A stretch of DNA of 64,000 nucleotides from Takakia lepidozioides (lineage: Eukaryota > Plantae > Bryophyta), in assembly GCA_030704615.1 (NCBI GenBank), contig CM060732.1:63736001-63800000 (forward strand). The letters are read 5' to 3'. Of the stretch, positions 22,929 through 35,251 are shown one piece after another. Position 1 is the first letter of the stretch, and every line of letters begins with the position of its first letter. The translations under genes were made by a program, and so were the position numbers. Under the pieces are notes generated by a model, which saw only the letters and a list, made by a program, of their open reading frames with translations, had not been told where the DNA came from and searched no databases.

Positions 22929-25900
22929 ATGAACATGGCAAGCCTGCATGAGCTTGACAGTGCAAGGGTAGGTAGCTATGGCTGGGTGGGTGGGCTGGTG
23001 GTCATGGTGGAACTGCGTCGCCGAGTTGCTGTGTTGCGTGACACCTTGAAGCTTCCCCCTTGCAATGGCTCTGCAGATCTTGATGAGGTTTGTGGCCACT
23101 GCTTACTCAATCCATGTTATAGAGATAGCAGTGAAAGGTTTTAAGGGACCTTGATCATCTCTTACGAGGATAATATTATTAAGTGGTTTCTCTTCTCAAA
23201 ACTCTTGTTTATTGTGACAGAAAATAGACACATTGACCCATTCATTGTCGTTGCCTGCATAAATATTCAACAATTCCAACGTTGAAGCTCCTTTGATCAT
23301 TGAAGCCATTTATTGCTTCCATCGTTATCCTTTCACAGAGTGCTTTTGCAAAATACTTGATTTGAAGCTCAGAACATGCTCATGTATCTCTCCTTTTGTG
23401 CCCAAAGATCAAGTTGCCTAATGGATCTCAAAACTGAGAGGAACTTGGTGTCATTTGTGCAGATGCTTCTAAGCACTATGGAATCTCTGAATACTTTGTA
23501 TCCAGGGAAGGTGTCGCCAGTTCCATCATTCAAAAAACCCAGGGGTGATGAGAAGCCAATATTCCAGGTGCCAATCAGTGGACTGAATTGTTTTGTAGAT
23601 TCCATAAGAAAGTTGGTCCAAGTTTTGTACACTTATTGCCTGTGCACCCTATTAGGGACAGGAGGCTAATCTGGAAATTAATGCTTTCATAAACAGAAAA
23701 CAGCATTTGGCTGGAGAGGACATGCATTGCCTAACACAATATATATTCCTCAAAAAAGATGGACGAAAGAGAGCCAAACATAGAAGAAAGATGAAGCGCT
23801 TCTGGTGACATTAAGATGGGGCAGCAGATACACAACTTGACTGACGACCTCAAGGAAACAGCACAGGCGACCTGTCATGAATAACTGAATCTTGGGCTTT
23901 TTCTTTGCAGCGATTGCAACGGTTCTATATGACACTACGAGCTATGGAACAAACCTGGGTCGAGTCATTTGCTCAAAAGGTTGGTTCAATTTTGTTTGTG
24001 GCTATGGTAAATATAGTGAATTGATGAGTCTTTTCCTTGCTGTAGAACCTAGGGGCCACAAATCTCAGCTGGCTTCAGCAAAGAGAGTAAGTAAAAGGGA
24101 GGGAGTCGGAGGGTCATGTGGAGCTTACTAAGGATGTCACTGGCACACGATATATCCCACTTTGATGTGAAAGCTGTGCAAGTGTGCTTGAATGGAAGCG
24201 TAGACATCAGCTGTCATATTGCATGCTACCCGGTTGACACCTAATCTTGGAGGATTTTTGGGGTTTGTGGCAGAATAACCACCGGCGTAGTCAGGATTTC
24301 AATAGCGATACCAATGGAGACTCCAGTGTAAGCAATTCAGTTGGAATAGCTAAACTACAGCTTACTTTTTCAGTCAAAATAACTGCAGTCGATGTGTTCT
24401 GAAGGGTTGAGGCTTTTAGAGGCACTTTGGGTCTGGGGGTTTTGCAACTGTTTCTTACCTTCTCCTGGGAAGCGGACTCAACCTCTCCTATGGAATGATC
24501 AACGCCTTCAGCTTGTTTGTTGCCTGAACTCCACTGTGAACCTTGCAGGATGATGAAAAATCAGAAACCAGAAGTATCGGAGGTTTTGACGATCATACAG
24601 AGAGGACTGCTCAACTGCGTCTTCAAGGTGAATGAGGTCTTAAAAGGTCAAATCCATTTATCTTTCTTGATGTCAGACAACGAGATTGGACAAAAGGTTA
24701 GCAGCAGCAAAATTTTTGCAAGGTTGGCTTTCTGCATATCTGTAGTTAAAATTGTCCAGGTGCAATGTTGTTTGGTTGTTCTCTAGTTTTGTTGACATAT
24801 GAGAGAGCACGAACCACTTCACAGACTGTTGGCATTATCTTCAAATCTTGCTAGAAACATTGCAGTGGCTGAAACTGACCATAATTTAATATTTTATGGT
24901 TGTTGTCTTCTAATGATGTGGCAGTTAGTTCTTTGCAAAACTCCGTTGAGTGGTTGAATAAAAGAATATTATATTCAAAGAATTGTTGTGCTCCTAGTTG
25001 TCTAAGCAAGGGCTTGGATTGTGCAGAGCTGGAGGAAAAGCGGAATGCACGCAAAAGGTCAAGGGATGTCCACCGTCAGAAGAGTGAAACTCCTCCTGCC
25101 TCCTTCCGCACACCATCCTTCCGCTCTACACCCATGTCAAAATTCTCCATGGGTAAAAACAGTAAGAACAAAATCAGCAAACTCAGTCGGGAGCTCTCAG
25201 ACGAATCCTGTACTCTGGAGCAATTAAGTGAGTCTCACCTTTTCTCTTTCTTTCCCCTTTCCTCTTCCCCTGTAACATGATCTCTTCAAGGTCAACTTGG
25301 CTTTCAAATTGTCAATCTTTGTAGGTGTGGCCACTCTAACAGAGTGTGCAACTTGCAGATACCACTCGATATGAAATGAAATGGAGATTTTCAATAACTC
25401 CAGGTTTGATTTGCATGTTAATATGTGGTGCATCAGGAATTCGCTGCTGGATATTGTCAAGTTCCCCCATTGGAAACCTCTTTGAGCTTTCCATGCATGT
25501 TATCAAGTCTCATTTCATTTCATTTCATTTCTGCTTCTATCCCACACTAAGAGGTTTTTTGGGATGGTTTTCGAACTGTTGATAATAGTATCCTGATGGG
25601 TTTGTGCAGGTCAGAAGATACTAATGAAATTGGATGAGTTGAATCAGCATGTGAAAGTTGCTGTGACTCAACCAGGGGACACTGCAAACCCTGTTGCTAC
25701 CCAACAAGAAGAAATGGCAAACTCTGCTGTACTTCAACCAGAGAAGACTAAAGACCCCTCCAAGCAACCAGAACAAGAGATGCCATCAACAGTAGATATA
25801 AACGGAGAGTTTGGACCACCAGTTCTCGCTGGAAAACCCCCTCTTGTTCCTTCTCCAGTAGGATTGATCCTGAATAAATCGCCTGATTCTGACCAAGTTA

Positions 25901-28900
25901 TCAGTGTACTCCCCCAGGAATCAGATCTCAACAAACAACCCAGTCCTGATCGGGTCTCTAGTTTATCCTCCCCTGCTACTGTCTCCAGCAAGCCTCCTTC
26001 AACTCCCACCTCAGTTCTCCCTGCCAACAGACAGAAATCTTCATTCTATGTCAATGCGGGGATCGCTCCAATGTTCTGGCCTCCAGCAGAACTTGTGATG
26101 GAGAGAGAGTTGCAGCAAAAGGTGGTGCCACCAAGTCAGCATGCTCATCTAGGGCTCCTGGATGCATTTCCACGTGTCTTTCAGACTGATGCTCCACCCA
26201 GTGATCTGGCCCAGGGATCCCTGCTGTTTATGGGACCTGGTGGACTTGCTCCGGGCTTCTTTGCAGCTGCCAATGGAATCAAACCTGTGGATCTTTTTGG
26301 TGCCCATCTCTCAACTTCTAAAGCCAGTGGGCCTGCCACTCCAAGCAAACAGCCCGTAAGCCTGGCAGTAAACTCCAGTCAACCTGCAACAACTACAGCT
26401 AACAGCAGCCATTCCTTAACCACAACAATGAAGAGCAGTGAGTTGCCAATCATTATACCTGGTACCAAGAAACTGGGTGCACCTCCCCCTCCTCCCCCAC
26501 CCCCTCCCCCACCAGGAAGCGGACCCTTACGATCCAACAAAGCAGTAAAGTTGAAACGGTCAGTGAAGATTGGGAAGCTGTACAGGAGTGTCAAAAGTAA
26601 AGTGGAAGGAGCAGCCCTGGGTTGGACAGGAGATGAAGCTGGGCCTGGCCGGAAAGTTGGGGTAGTTACTAATTCAGGCGAAGGCATGGCTGATGCCCTG
26701 GCAGAAATCACCAAGAAGTACGTTGCTGTTGATCCTGTGTTCTGACATTTCTTTTTTCCAGATAAATCAGGTGAACCTTGTGTTGTCAATAGTTGTAGGG
26801 TATTTGCGTTTGAGCAACATGAAAATGAAATGCAATGAAATGGACCTTTATAACGTCTGCAGAACGCTCAAAAGGAAAGCAAGAAACAAGAAAGAATAAA
26901 AGACAGCAAAGCCAGAAGCAGCCCGAAAGCAACATGAAGCGTTGGGGTTTGGTTTTGATGAGGCAAGTTTTCCTAGATTTCTTGTGGAAAGGAAGGAAGA
27001 GAGGATAACATGTAAGGTTTTGTTGGGGGGGACAGGTCAGCATATTTTAAGAAGATAGAGGATGATGTTCAGCAGCATGCAGAGGCTATTGGGGAGGTCA
27101 AATTGGCACTAGAAAACTTCCAGACCTCAAACATGGACTACCTTCTCAGGTTCCGGAACAATGTTGAGATCCAACTTGAAGACCTTACTGATGAGTCACA
27201 GGTGCGTACAAAGCCTAACTTAGAGCACCAATAATGAAAGCAACAGCTGCATAGTGGCCAATAAGGCTAAGAGATGAGCTCTGCCACAATGATGGCTAAA
27301 TTGCAGTGTGCAAATCAAGTAATGGACAAAGAACTGTGAACCGTCAAATGCCCTCAACTCCGTTGAGAAATTGTTGATCATCATATTGTTCAAGAGTTGT
27401 AAGTTCTGCTGACATTATACACCTGTTGATTGTGAGGGAGCCAGGTGTTGGCTCGATTTAAAGGTTTCCCAAGCAAAAAGCTGGAAGTTGTCCGGCTTGC
27501 AGCAGCATTGTATGGACGACTCTTGTCCATGGCCCAAGATCTTGAGAGGTGGGATGTCAAGGGTACTGCATCAGAGCAACTTGAAAAAGTCACCCGCCAT
27601 TTCAACAAGGTAGGTATCCAGCCACATATGACTAAATATCTGCGTAAGCTTCATGATTATGGTGGTACTGGAGCCGTGAGGTGAGTGGTCATGGTGTGAT
27701 CCCAGTTGTTTCCAGTTGTTTGCAATTTCCAGTATTTACTACTAGTTTGCCTTGCCATGCCACCTCTGTAGGCCCCAATGGCCTCATGTGTTTGGGTGAA
27801 AAGAAGGGATGATTCTCTTATAAATTTTAACAACAAAGAACTTCCAACCTGAAAGTAACCTCCTTTTCTCTCCACTTTTTGCCCCCCACAGATAAAGAAG
27901 GAAATAGAAGCAGTGGAACGGACCAAGGAGCAGGAACTCAAGCTTTTTGCGAGTCACAAGATTCAGTTCAACTTTTCTGTTCTTGTCCGATTGAAGGAAG
28001 CCATGGTCACTCTCTCCTCATGTTGCCTAGTTTCGGCTTTGGAGGTGTGTACTCAGTGCAATTTTTATTTCAGGAGTGGCTTCCGTGAAGGTCATGGCAA
28101 AAGGACTAATTTGTCTGTCGCATTCACTTCTTTCTCCACTCGTCATGTGCAACCACCAACTTGCCCAATCTGTGCTAGGTAGAGGGCTACAGTAGCAGTG
28201 CTGGAATCAACATAATGCCTCCTAAGAGATGGTGTGTACGCAAGGTAAAATGTAAACTCCGTGAGTCCTCTGATGCATTTCTGGTCGGCAGTGCGTGGAG
28301 ACTTGGGCTGAGTCTCACACTGGTGTTGGAACACTGACAACAGGTTTCCAAAAGATAGTCTTCTGCAAGGACTTTATGGTTGGGTAACAAGGATCACACG
28401 GATCAGTCAAATGACAACTCCCAAAAAGCATCACTTAGACAGTGGACCATGTCGTCCAGATCCAGTCACCAAACAGGGTTGGATCTACAAAAGGATCACC
28501 CAGGTCATGAGAGGCTCAAAACATTAGAGCAGTAACACCGTTCCTAGGAGTGTGCTATACACCCAGTCAGCATGATGCATTCTGGGTATGTTAAATGGCT
28601 TGACTGTGTCACATGAAGATGACCCCTGATGCCACAAGGAAGCTGTTTTTGGGGAAAGTTTTAATCTCTTCAGACACCCTCTATTGTGAGCATGCCCCTG
28701 TTTGAATGAGCTAACCAAACCTTTTATTGTCACAGGCAAGCAAGAAGGTGAAGCCTCCTGGAGCTGTGGATGTTGCAGCCTTGAATTCGTATGAACTTGA
28801 TAAATTGCGCATTAGCCTGCAAACCTTATGGCAGGCATTTCAGCTGGCATTCCGTGTCTATAACTTTGCCGGAGGCCATGATGATGAGTCTGAAAAACTC

Positions 28901-28954
28901 ACCTCTGAGCTTGCCTCAGAAATGGAGACCTATCCTGTGGAAGTGTGGTCATAG
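22929..28954 (+). CDS. CHUP1-C-terminal-domain protein (At4g04980/At1g61080-like, proline-rich); multi-exon
   Basis: N-terminal MVELRRRVAVLRDTLKLPPCNGS; polyproline tract; ADALAEITK/RSAYFKKIEDDV; LTDESQ/VLARFKGFPSKKLE; FQLAFRVYNFAGGHD; stop at 28952-28954. Some internal exons are uncertain. Confidence 0.85.
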
Positions 28955-29624
28955 CGTTTAGTCCTTCCTCCCACCTGTCACATCACTCATGTTTTTATTT
29001 ACCAGTACATATCTTGTACAATAGTATCAATCCAAGTCACCAGTCCTCACTAATTATGTGATGACAGAGGGTGATTTCATTGGCTTGCTGACCAAGGTGG
29101 CCAGAGCAGATGCTACATCGGAGAGAGAGCGAGGAAAACTGAATGAGGGCATGAGAAGTCAGTTAGTGTATGAACAAACATGGAGCCAAGGGCAGCACCA
29201 TTGCAAAGAGTATGAGGCAGTACCTTCTTCCAGCGTCCCGGTTTGTAGTTATGAGAAGCACTCAGGCCTTAACTCAAAGCCTGAAGATAGTACAAGCCTA
29301 TAAAACAGAATTTACATCGGAAATTCTTATCTTTTTTCAATCGGAAATGAATGTGGTCTGGTTTGCAGTCAGATATAGGTCTGATTATTCTACTTGGGTT
29401 TTAGGGTGGCAAGTTAAGAGAAGAGAAAAAAGAAAGTGGAACCTCGTTATTCTGCCTTTGTAGCTTTCTGCAAGGTTGACTTTTCCTTCCCTATTAATAA
29501 AGTTTTTCAGGGCTACAATCCCCCTGTTCTCAAAAAAAAAAAAAAGCGGCTAGTCGCGTAATGGCTCCACCCTAACGACAAAACGTAAATGCTAGTGCTG
29601 AATATAATGGAAGTCAATCGAATA

Positions 29625-30191
29625 TCATAGAACTGAAGGAATAAATGGCAAAGGTCTTAAGAGATTTCTAATTGCTGTCAGCTTGAAACGCTGTTCAACA
29701 TGACCACGCACTCTTATAACCACTACAGCAATAGTGGCGGTTGCAAACTTTTCCTGGAATCCTTGTGAGAAAGTGTTGATTGTGTCTTTGCAGAAAAAAA
29801 TTAGCACCGGAGGGCTGTGAAACGGTGGTATTATCTGCACAGGGATGCAGAAGTAATTTCCAAGCAGTTTCGGACGTTCAGAGAAATTTTCCAAGCACAC
29901 ATATGCGCCTTTGGAAAATTTCTCCGAGTGCGTTTGGACCAGCGCCGAGACAGTCACACTGACAGTCGTGAAACCTAGCCTATCTATTAGATCGCAATGC
30001 AAATATAACCATGTGCTAGGGTTTTCATGAAAAGATTGCTTGTTCGTGTTGCCATATCTATCAAGTATAAGTCCTTCGAAAGCTGCATCTCGAACTGTGA
30101 GATCCAGGTCATCGACACAGAGCAGAGGGCGCTCTCGCTTATTGTTTGTTCGTGCCATACCTTCAAACTTAAAGGCAAAAATGCTATACAA
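29625..30191 (-). pseudogene. Possible OB-fold/RPA-like ORF fragment (TE cargo)
   Basis: Beta-rich pattern (YLHCDLIDRLGFTTVSVTVS, FSKGAYVCLENF, TIAVVVIRVRG) loosely resembles RPA70-like OB folds. Weak support. Confidence 0.3.
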
Positions 30192-30907
30192 CTAGAGAAG
30201 GAAAATACAGAAGGGAAAAAAAAAAAAAACAGAAGTTGACTTTTACACTGTGGAGTTGTATTGTTCTTGTGACGTCCTTTTATAGGGAGTAGTTATGAAC
30301 GACGTAAATGAAAGACCACATGCGTGAGCTGACCGGTGGGCCCCGCGCACGGACGCCCGGCTCCCTCCCCCCCCCCCCCCCCCCCCCCGCCCGCTGCTGC
30401 GCGCGGTCGCCCAGCTGATGCCACGGCAGCCCCGCCCGCCCAGTCTGCCAGCCAGTCCGCTGTGCACGCCAGTCCGTTGTGCCAGTCCCCGCAGGTCCAC
30501 CCAACAGTCCGTTGTGCCCGTCTGCTGCCCCCAAGTCTGCCAGTCTGCCAGTCCACGCCGGCCGAAGGATCTGGATCGTCTATTCTGAGAAACCCATCCG
30601 CGCCATTCATGCCAGTCCGCTATGCCAGTCCTGGCCAGTCCACCCAAGAGTCTGCCCGCCAGTCTGCCGCCCATGAGTCCGTTTTCCTCCAGTCCACTGA
30701 TGATGCCGCATCTAGACCGTCCGTTCGTAATGCCATCTGAGCCCTCCATTTTTAGGGCATGAATTCAAACCTTATCCCTGTCGCCTGCCACTTGCCAGCA
30801 GCCGCGAACGTGTGCACTGATGCTCCTTGCACGTTGTCCATCGTGTCCAGTGTACTGAGGCGCGTTTCTTGCAAGTTCTGAAGCGTGTCCTCTATACTGT
30901 ACAGGGC

Positions 30908-33900
30908 ATGGACGTGGAAGCAGAAGACGATGATATACTAAAAATGGGAAGCTGGATTATACGGCCTCTTCGACAAGTTTGCAAACACCCAAACCAGGAC
31001 CCTTCAACACGAGGGACCTCCAATGGAAGAGAGACACGCAATATGGTTATATGGATGCACGAGTAAATGTTCAGAAGGCCTGCATACCGTGGGATAGAGT
31101 TGATGACTTTCTCCTTAGAGAGGATAGTTTGGTGGACTACCCCACTCAGTTTTGGATGAATGTCCATACTAAAGTGCAACCCGGCATGCTAAAAGAGCCG
31201 AGAGCCAACAGTTTTCTAAACAGTATCATGTGTGCACCATCCTCATCGTCCTTTTGTAGTTTGATTGCATGTCTGTTGCCATTTTTCGTACCCACGTACT
31301 ATGATTTCATGCTTCCAGAAGTCGATGGATATTGATTGTGATTTTTATGTCCAGGTATCAATGCTGCTACGGTCCAGATGACAAGCGCACCAACAATGCG
31401 ATAGTGGGGGATCCCAAACTGAAACGTGGAGGACCTCTTGTGGGTGCTGGAACATCTCATCCTCATAAAGGCCCAAGGATAAAGAAGTCGGAATATGGAG
31501 AATCTTACAAGCGTGGTTGCCAATGCTGTTTCAAGGTCCAACAATGTTATCTCGCCCCCGACATTTGTGTCCTCACGTACTACAACAATGTGGAGCATAC
31601 AGACGCAAAAGGGAACGTCTGCCATGGGAAGTCCGTTGAGTTCAGGAACACTAGCCACGCCTATGCACCACACATTAGCGAGGAATTGAAAGCATGGGTC
31701 AGGGAGTGTCTGTGCCGAGGCCTGTCAGTCGCCCAAATCATGATGGAACATAAAGAGCACGTCATGAACAACACCGGGTTGGGGGATGCATAGACACAAG
31801 ACGATTTTTTGTTGGAGCACGATGTGCGCAACCTGGCCAAGAAATGGGTGTGGCAAACATTCAAAAAACATGCCAACGATGCGGAGAGTGTCCGCATGTG
31901 GAAAGACCAGAATCCGAAATCGGTCTTCTTCTATCGAGCGGAGAAATTGGCGCCAACATTCAAGCACTACGATGGCGACTTAACATTCATAATCGGCATA
32001 CAAACTGAATGGCAGAAGAAGCGAATGCTTCAATTAGGCCATGCCCGTATCGTTGCATGCGACGCAACCTTCGGGATAAATCACCACAACGTACTCTTCA
32101 TCCCTTTCACAATTTATCCGCTTGCAAAACTAGTGGATGTATGCACACTGGCAGCATCTGACATTCTGCATTTGAACAGTTCCCATTGTACACGTTGATG
32201 GTCTTCGACGAGTGGCTTAACGGTATACCACTTGCGTACATCATATGTGCGCGTGAGTGGACAACAAATCTGGTGCCGTGGATAGCAGCCTTGCAGGACT
32301 CACTCCTCGCAGAAAGGCCGGACTTGCGACCCGATGCCTTCATTGTGGACGATGCCAACGCCGAAATAAACGCCATTACATAAGTTTTACGTACTATCCT
32401 ATACACTCGCGTGCAAGTCCGCCGCGTGTGTCCATTGTTTGTCTCTTTGGCAAGTCCCCTACCATACAATGCAGTCCTGGCTGCAAGTCTGGCCCATTCC
32501 TTTCTGCAAGTCTGCTGGCAAACCAGTCCGCTGATAATGTCCTCTAGCGAAGTCCGCTAGAAGACTCACTTGTGCAAGTATGCTGCAAGGTCAATCTGCT
32601 CGGGTGTGCTGCTAGCAAAGTCTGGGTTTAAGTCTGCTGTCGGTCTCCTAAGGGCAAGTCCGCTGGCAGGCGAGTCCGCCAGAGATGACTGTTCGCAAGC
32701 AGTCCACTGCAAGACTCACGTGCATCAGTCTGATGTGACCTCAATCTGGTCCAGCAAGTCCGCTGGCAGGCGAGTCCGCCGGAGGGGACTGTTTGGAAGT
32801 CTGCTGGCAACCCAGTCTGCTCGGAATGCCCTCTGGCCAAGTCCGACTCACTTACGTAAGTCCACTGCGAGGTCATCGTGGTCAGGTCTGCTGGCGGTCT
32901 TGCGAGGGCAACACTCATGGCAGGTCAGAGTGGGCGAGTCTGCTGGCTGAATCCGTTAGGCAAGTGCACTGGAACAGACGGGCAGACCAGTACACCAGAG
33001 AGTCTACTGGATTGGTGCCCAAGTCCACCGGCGAAGTTCTCTTTGAAGTCTCTCATGTGGGCATGTGTACTTTGCAGAGCTGTTTTCCGAGGAGTGCTCA
33101 TTTTCATGTGCCTTTGGCATGTCCGGCTGGCTTGGGCGAAGCAATCATGCGCGAAAACCCAAGATCCTATCACTGCCGCAAACTTGCTGAAAGATATGGG
33201 AGACCTCATATACTGTAGAGGTGGACCAAGCAATCCCAAAGAAGGTCTTGCATGGATAGCAACAACGCTCCGAGAAAGAAATATCTGAATGGGCATGAAT
33301 TTATGGACTACATCGATAAGGAATGGCGTCCTAAAATAGCATTGTGGTGTACAGCAGCTCGCCATGTTCCACATGCCAGTCAAGACACAAATACTAGCAT
33401 TGAGGCATATCATGGAAACTTGAAGGCAAGACTGAGGATGGGGAAAGGCAAAATGACTGGGCGTAGAGTGGATTGGCTCATATGGGAACTCACATGCCAT
33501 GTGCTAACACACTACTGGTATGCAATTCACCTGAAGACGCACGGATTCATAAGGAATGACAAACAGGAGAAGTACATGTCCAGTTCTGTGCTTGCGGCAC
33601 GCAACATCCTTGCTTGCAATGTCACTCTTCCGTTCCATCCTAGGCAACCAGCCTATGTTGTAAGCACCAATCACCCAAACACAATTTACATTGTTTACAA
33701 CCCCGGATGCGAATGGGCTTCTTGCACTTGCCCATGGGCAATGAATGGCAATTTGTGCAAGCGTCAAGTCCGAGTCCTGAAGTTGCTTCATCCACACTTG
33801 CAGGATGGACTCATAGTGTGCGCTTGTGGCACGGCGTTGGGAACCATTCATGGAGGATTGCATAATGTGTTTAGGGTTCATGCAAGTGGCAGCGACGAAG

Positions 33901-34319
33901 AGGGTTTGGGAAATGCAACAGAGGGGCCTGGGACATATGACTTCCCCTATGATGCGAAGCCTGTTCTCGTACCATCCTCCATGGACGAAGAATTTGCAGA
34001 CATACTTCACATTGTTGGTAACGACAAATACCTGGAGAAACATGTATTGTCTTCTCTTCGTATCTGTAGGGGGCAGCTTGTTGATATTCTTGCCAAGAGT
34101 GTTGCAGGAATGTTGCACCCTGCGGCAGCAGAGAGCTTCCGTCCTGTAAATGACAACAACAATATGTTGCTGAAAAAGAAACGGGATTTTGTTGAGGCAT
34201 GGAAAACGCGACCCAAAGTCGTAAGCAAAACAGGGAAGAGGGTTGGTGCCCCAACACCTGCAGCACACATATACTCCACAATCCGAAGGGTTGCAGACCG
34301 TATACCAATTATAAAGTAG
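30908..34319 (+). mobile_element. MULE-type DDE transposase with SWIM zinc finger (At1g60560-like), intron-containing, pseudogenised
   Basis: KRGCQCCF, IVACDATFGIN, LYTLMVFD..NGIP, FIVDDANAE, CLWHV, TNTSIEAYH and SWIM CTC.......CKRQ. In-frame stop at ~31791. Confidence 0.85.
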
Positions 34320-35251
34320 AGTAAAAAATGTAGGAAATGCTACAGTATCATTCTCCCGATGAAATAAAATTTCGGCGGTACAATTGCATGTGCACAAGAC
34401 TTCTTGTATGTCTGCCAACCAATCTGTTGAACCAGTTTTCTGGCGTCTGAACCAGTATGCTCAACCAGTCTTCTACCATCTGAACCAGTCTGCTGTACCA
34501 GGCTTCTGCTCAGTCTTCGAATAGTCTGTTGTGCCAGCCTTCGAACCATTGTGGTCATAGGCTTGTAAACACTTAGAGTAATCCATCACCAGGAAAACAA
34601 AGTATACAGGGTGCGGAGTACACAGTCTCCTAGAGCAGACCAGTCTCTTGGTTCTGAACGTGCCTGCACCCGGCTGACCAGTGAGCCTCATGCGGTCTGC
34701 CCATCAGACTGGCCATTCTGAGTACGGTGGACCCTCACTTACTCTGCTGACCAGACTTGGCAGACTACTGGCCAATGCCATCCGCCTGTACTCTACCACT
34801 CCGGTGACTCTCGACTGTCTGCTCACCAGTGCAGACTCATGGTTCCCAATCGCATTTGTCAGTCTGCCGGACTGACCCAACTCCTCAGTTTGTCGGACTC
34901 TCGTCAGTCTAGCAACATTGCCCTCTCCTAACGTCTGCTCACCAGCCTAGACATACCCTCTTCGCGTACTCTGGCATTCTGCTAACTCTCGGCTGTTTGC
35001 TGACCAGTGGACTCCCTTGGTATGTTAAACAAAATGATTGTGTGTGCTCGCACTGTGCAGGGATAAGTCCGCTTAACAACATGCAGTGAATTGGTCACAA
35101 GTCTACAACGAGTACTCCATACTGCACTCATAATCGACCAATGGGATGTGTATGCAAAGTCATCTTTTATTTCGTTGCAAATACTCAAAAGCATGCTTAC
35201 ATGACAAATGCGTCCTATGGTGCACCTCTAATCTCGGGCCCAGACGGATAT

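Noticed and set aside
30246-30250. CACTG as the left CACTA terminus
   Set aside because: I found no matching inverted terminus or 3-bp TSD downstream of TnpD.
30243-30749. Overlapping Gly/Pro/Ala-rich ORFs
   Set aside because: They arise from a poly-C tract and GC-rich motif repeats near the probable MULE end.
33504-34418. 304-aa minus-strand ORF
   Set aside because: Antisense shadow of the SWIM transposase exon with no recognisable motifs.
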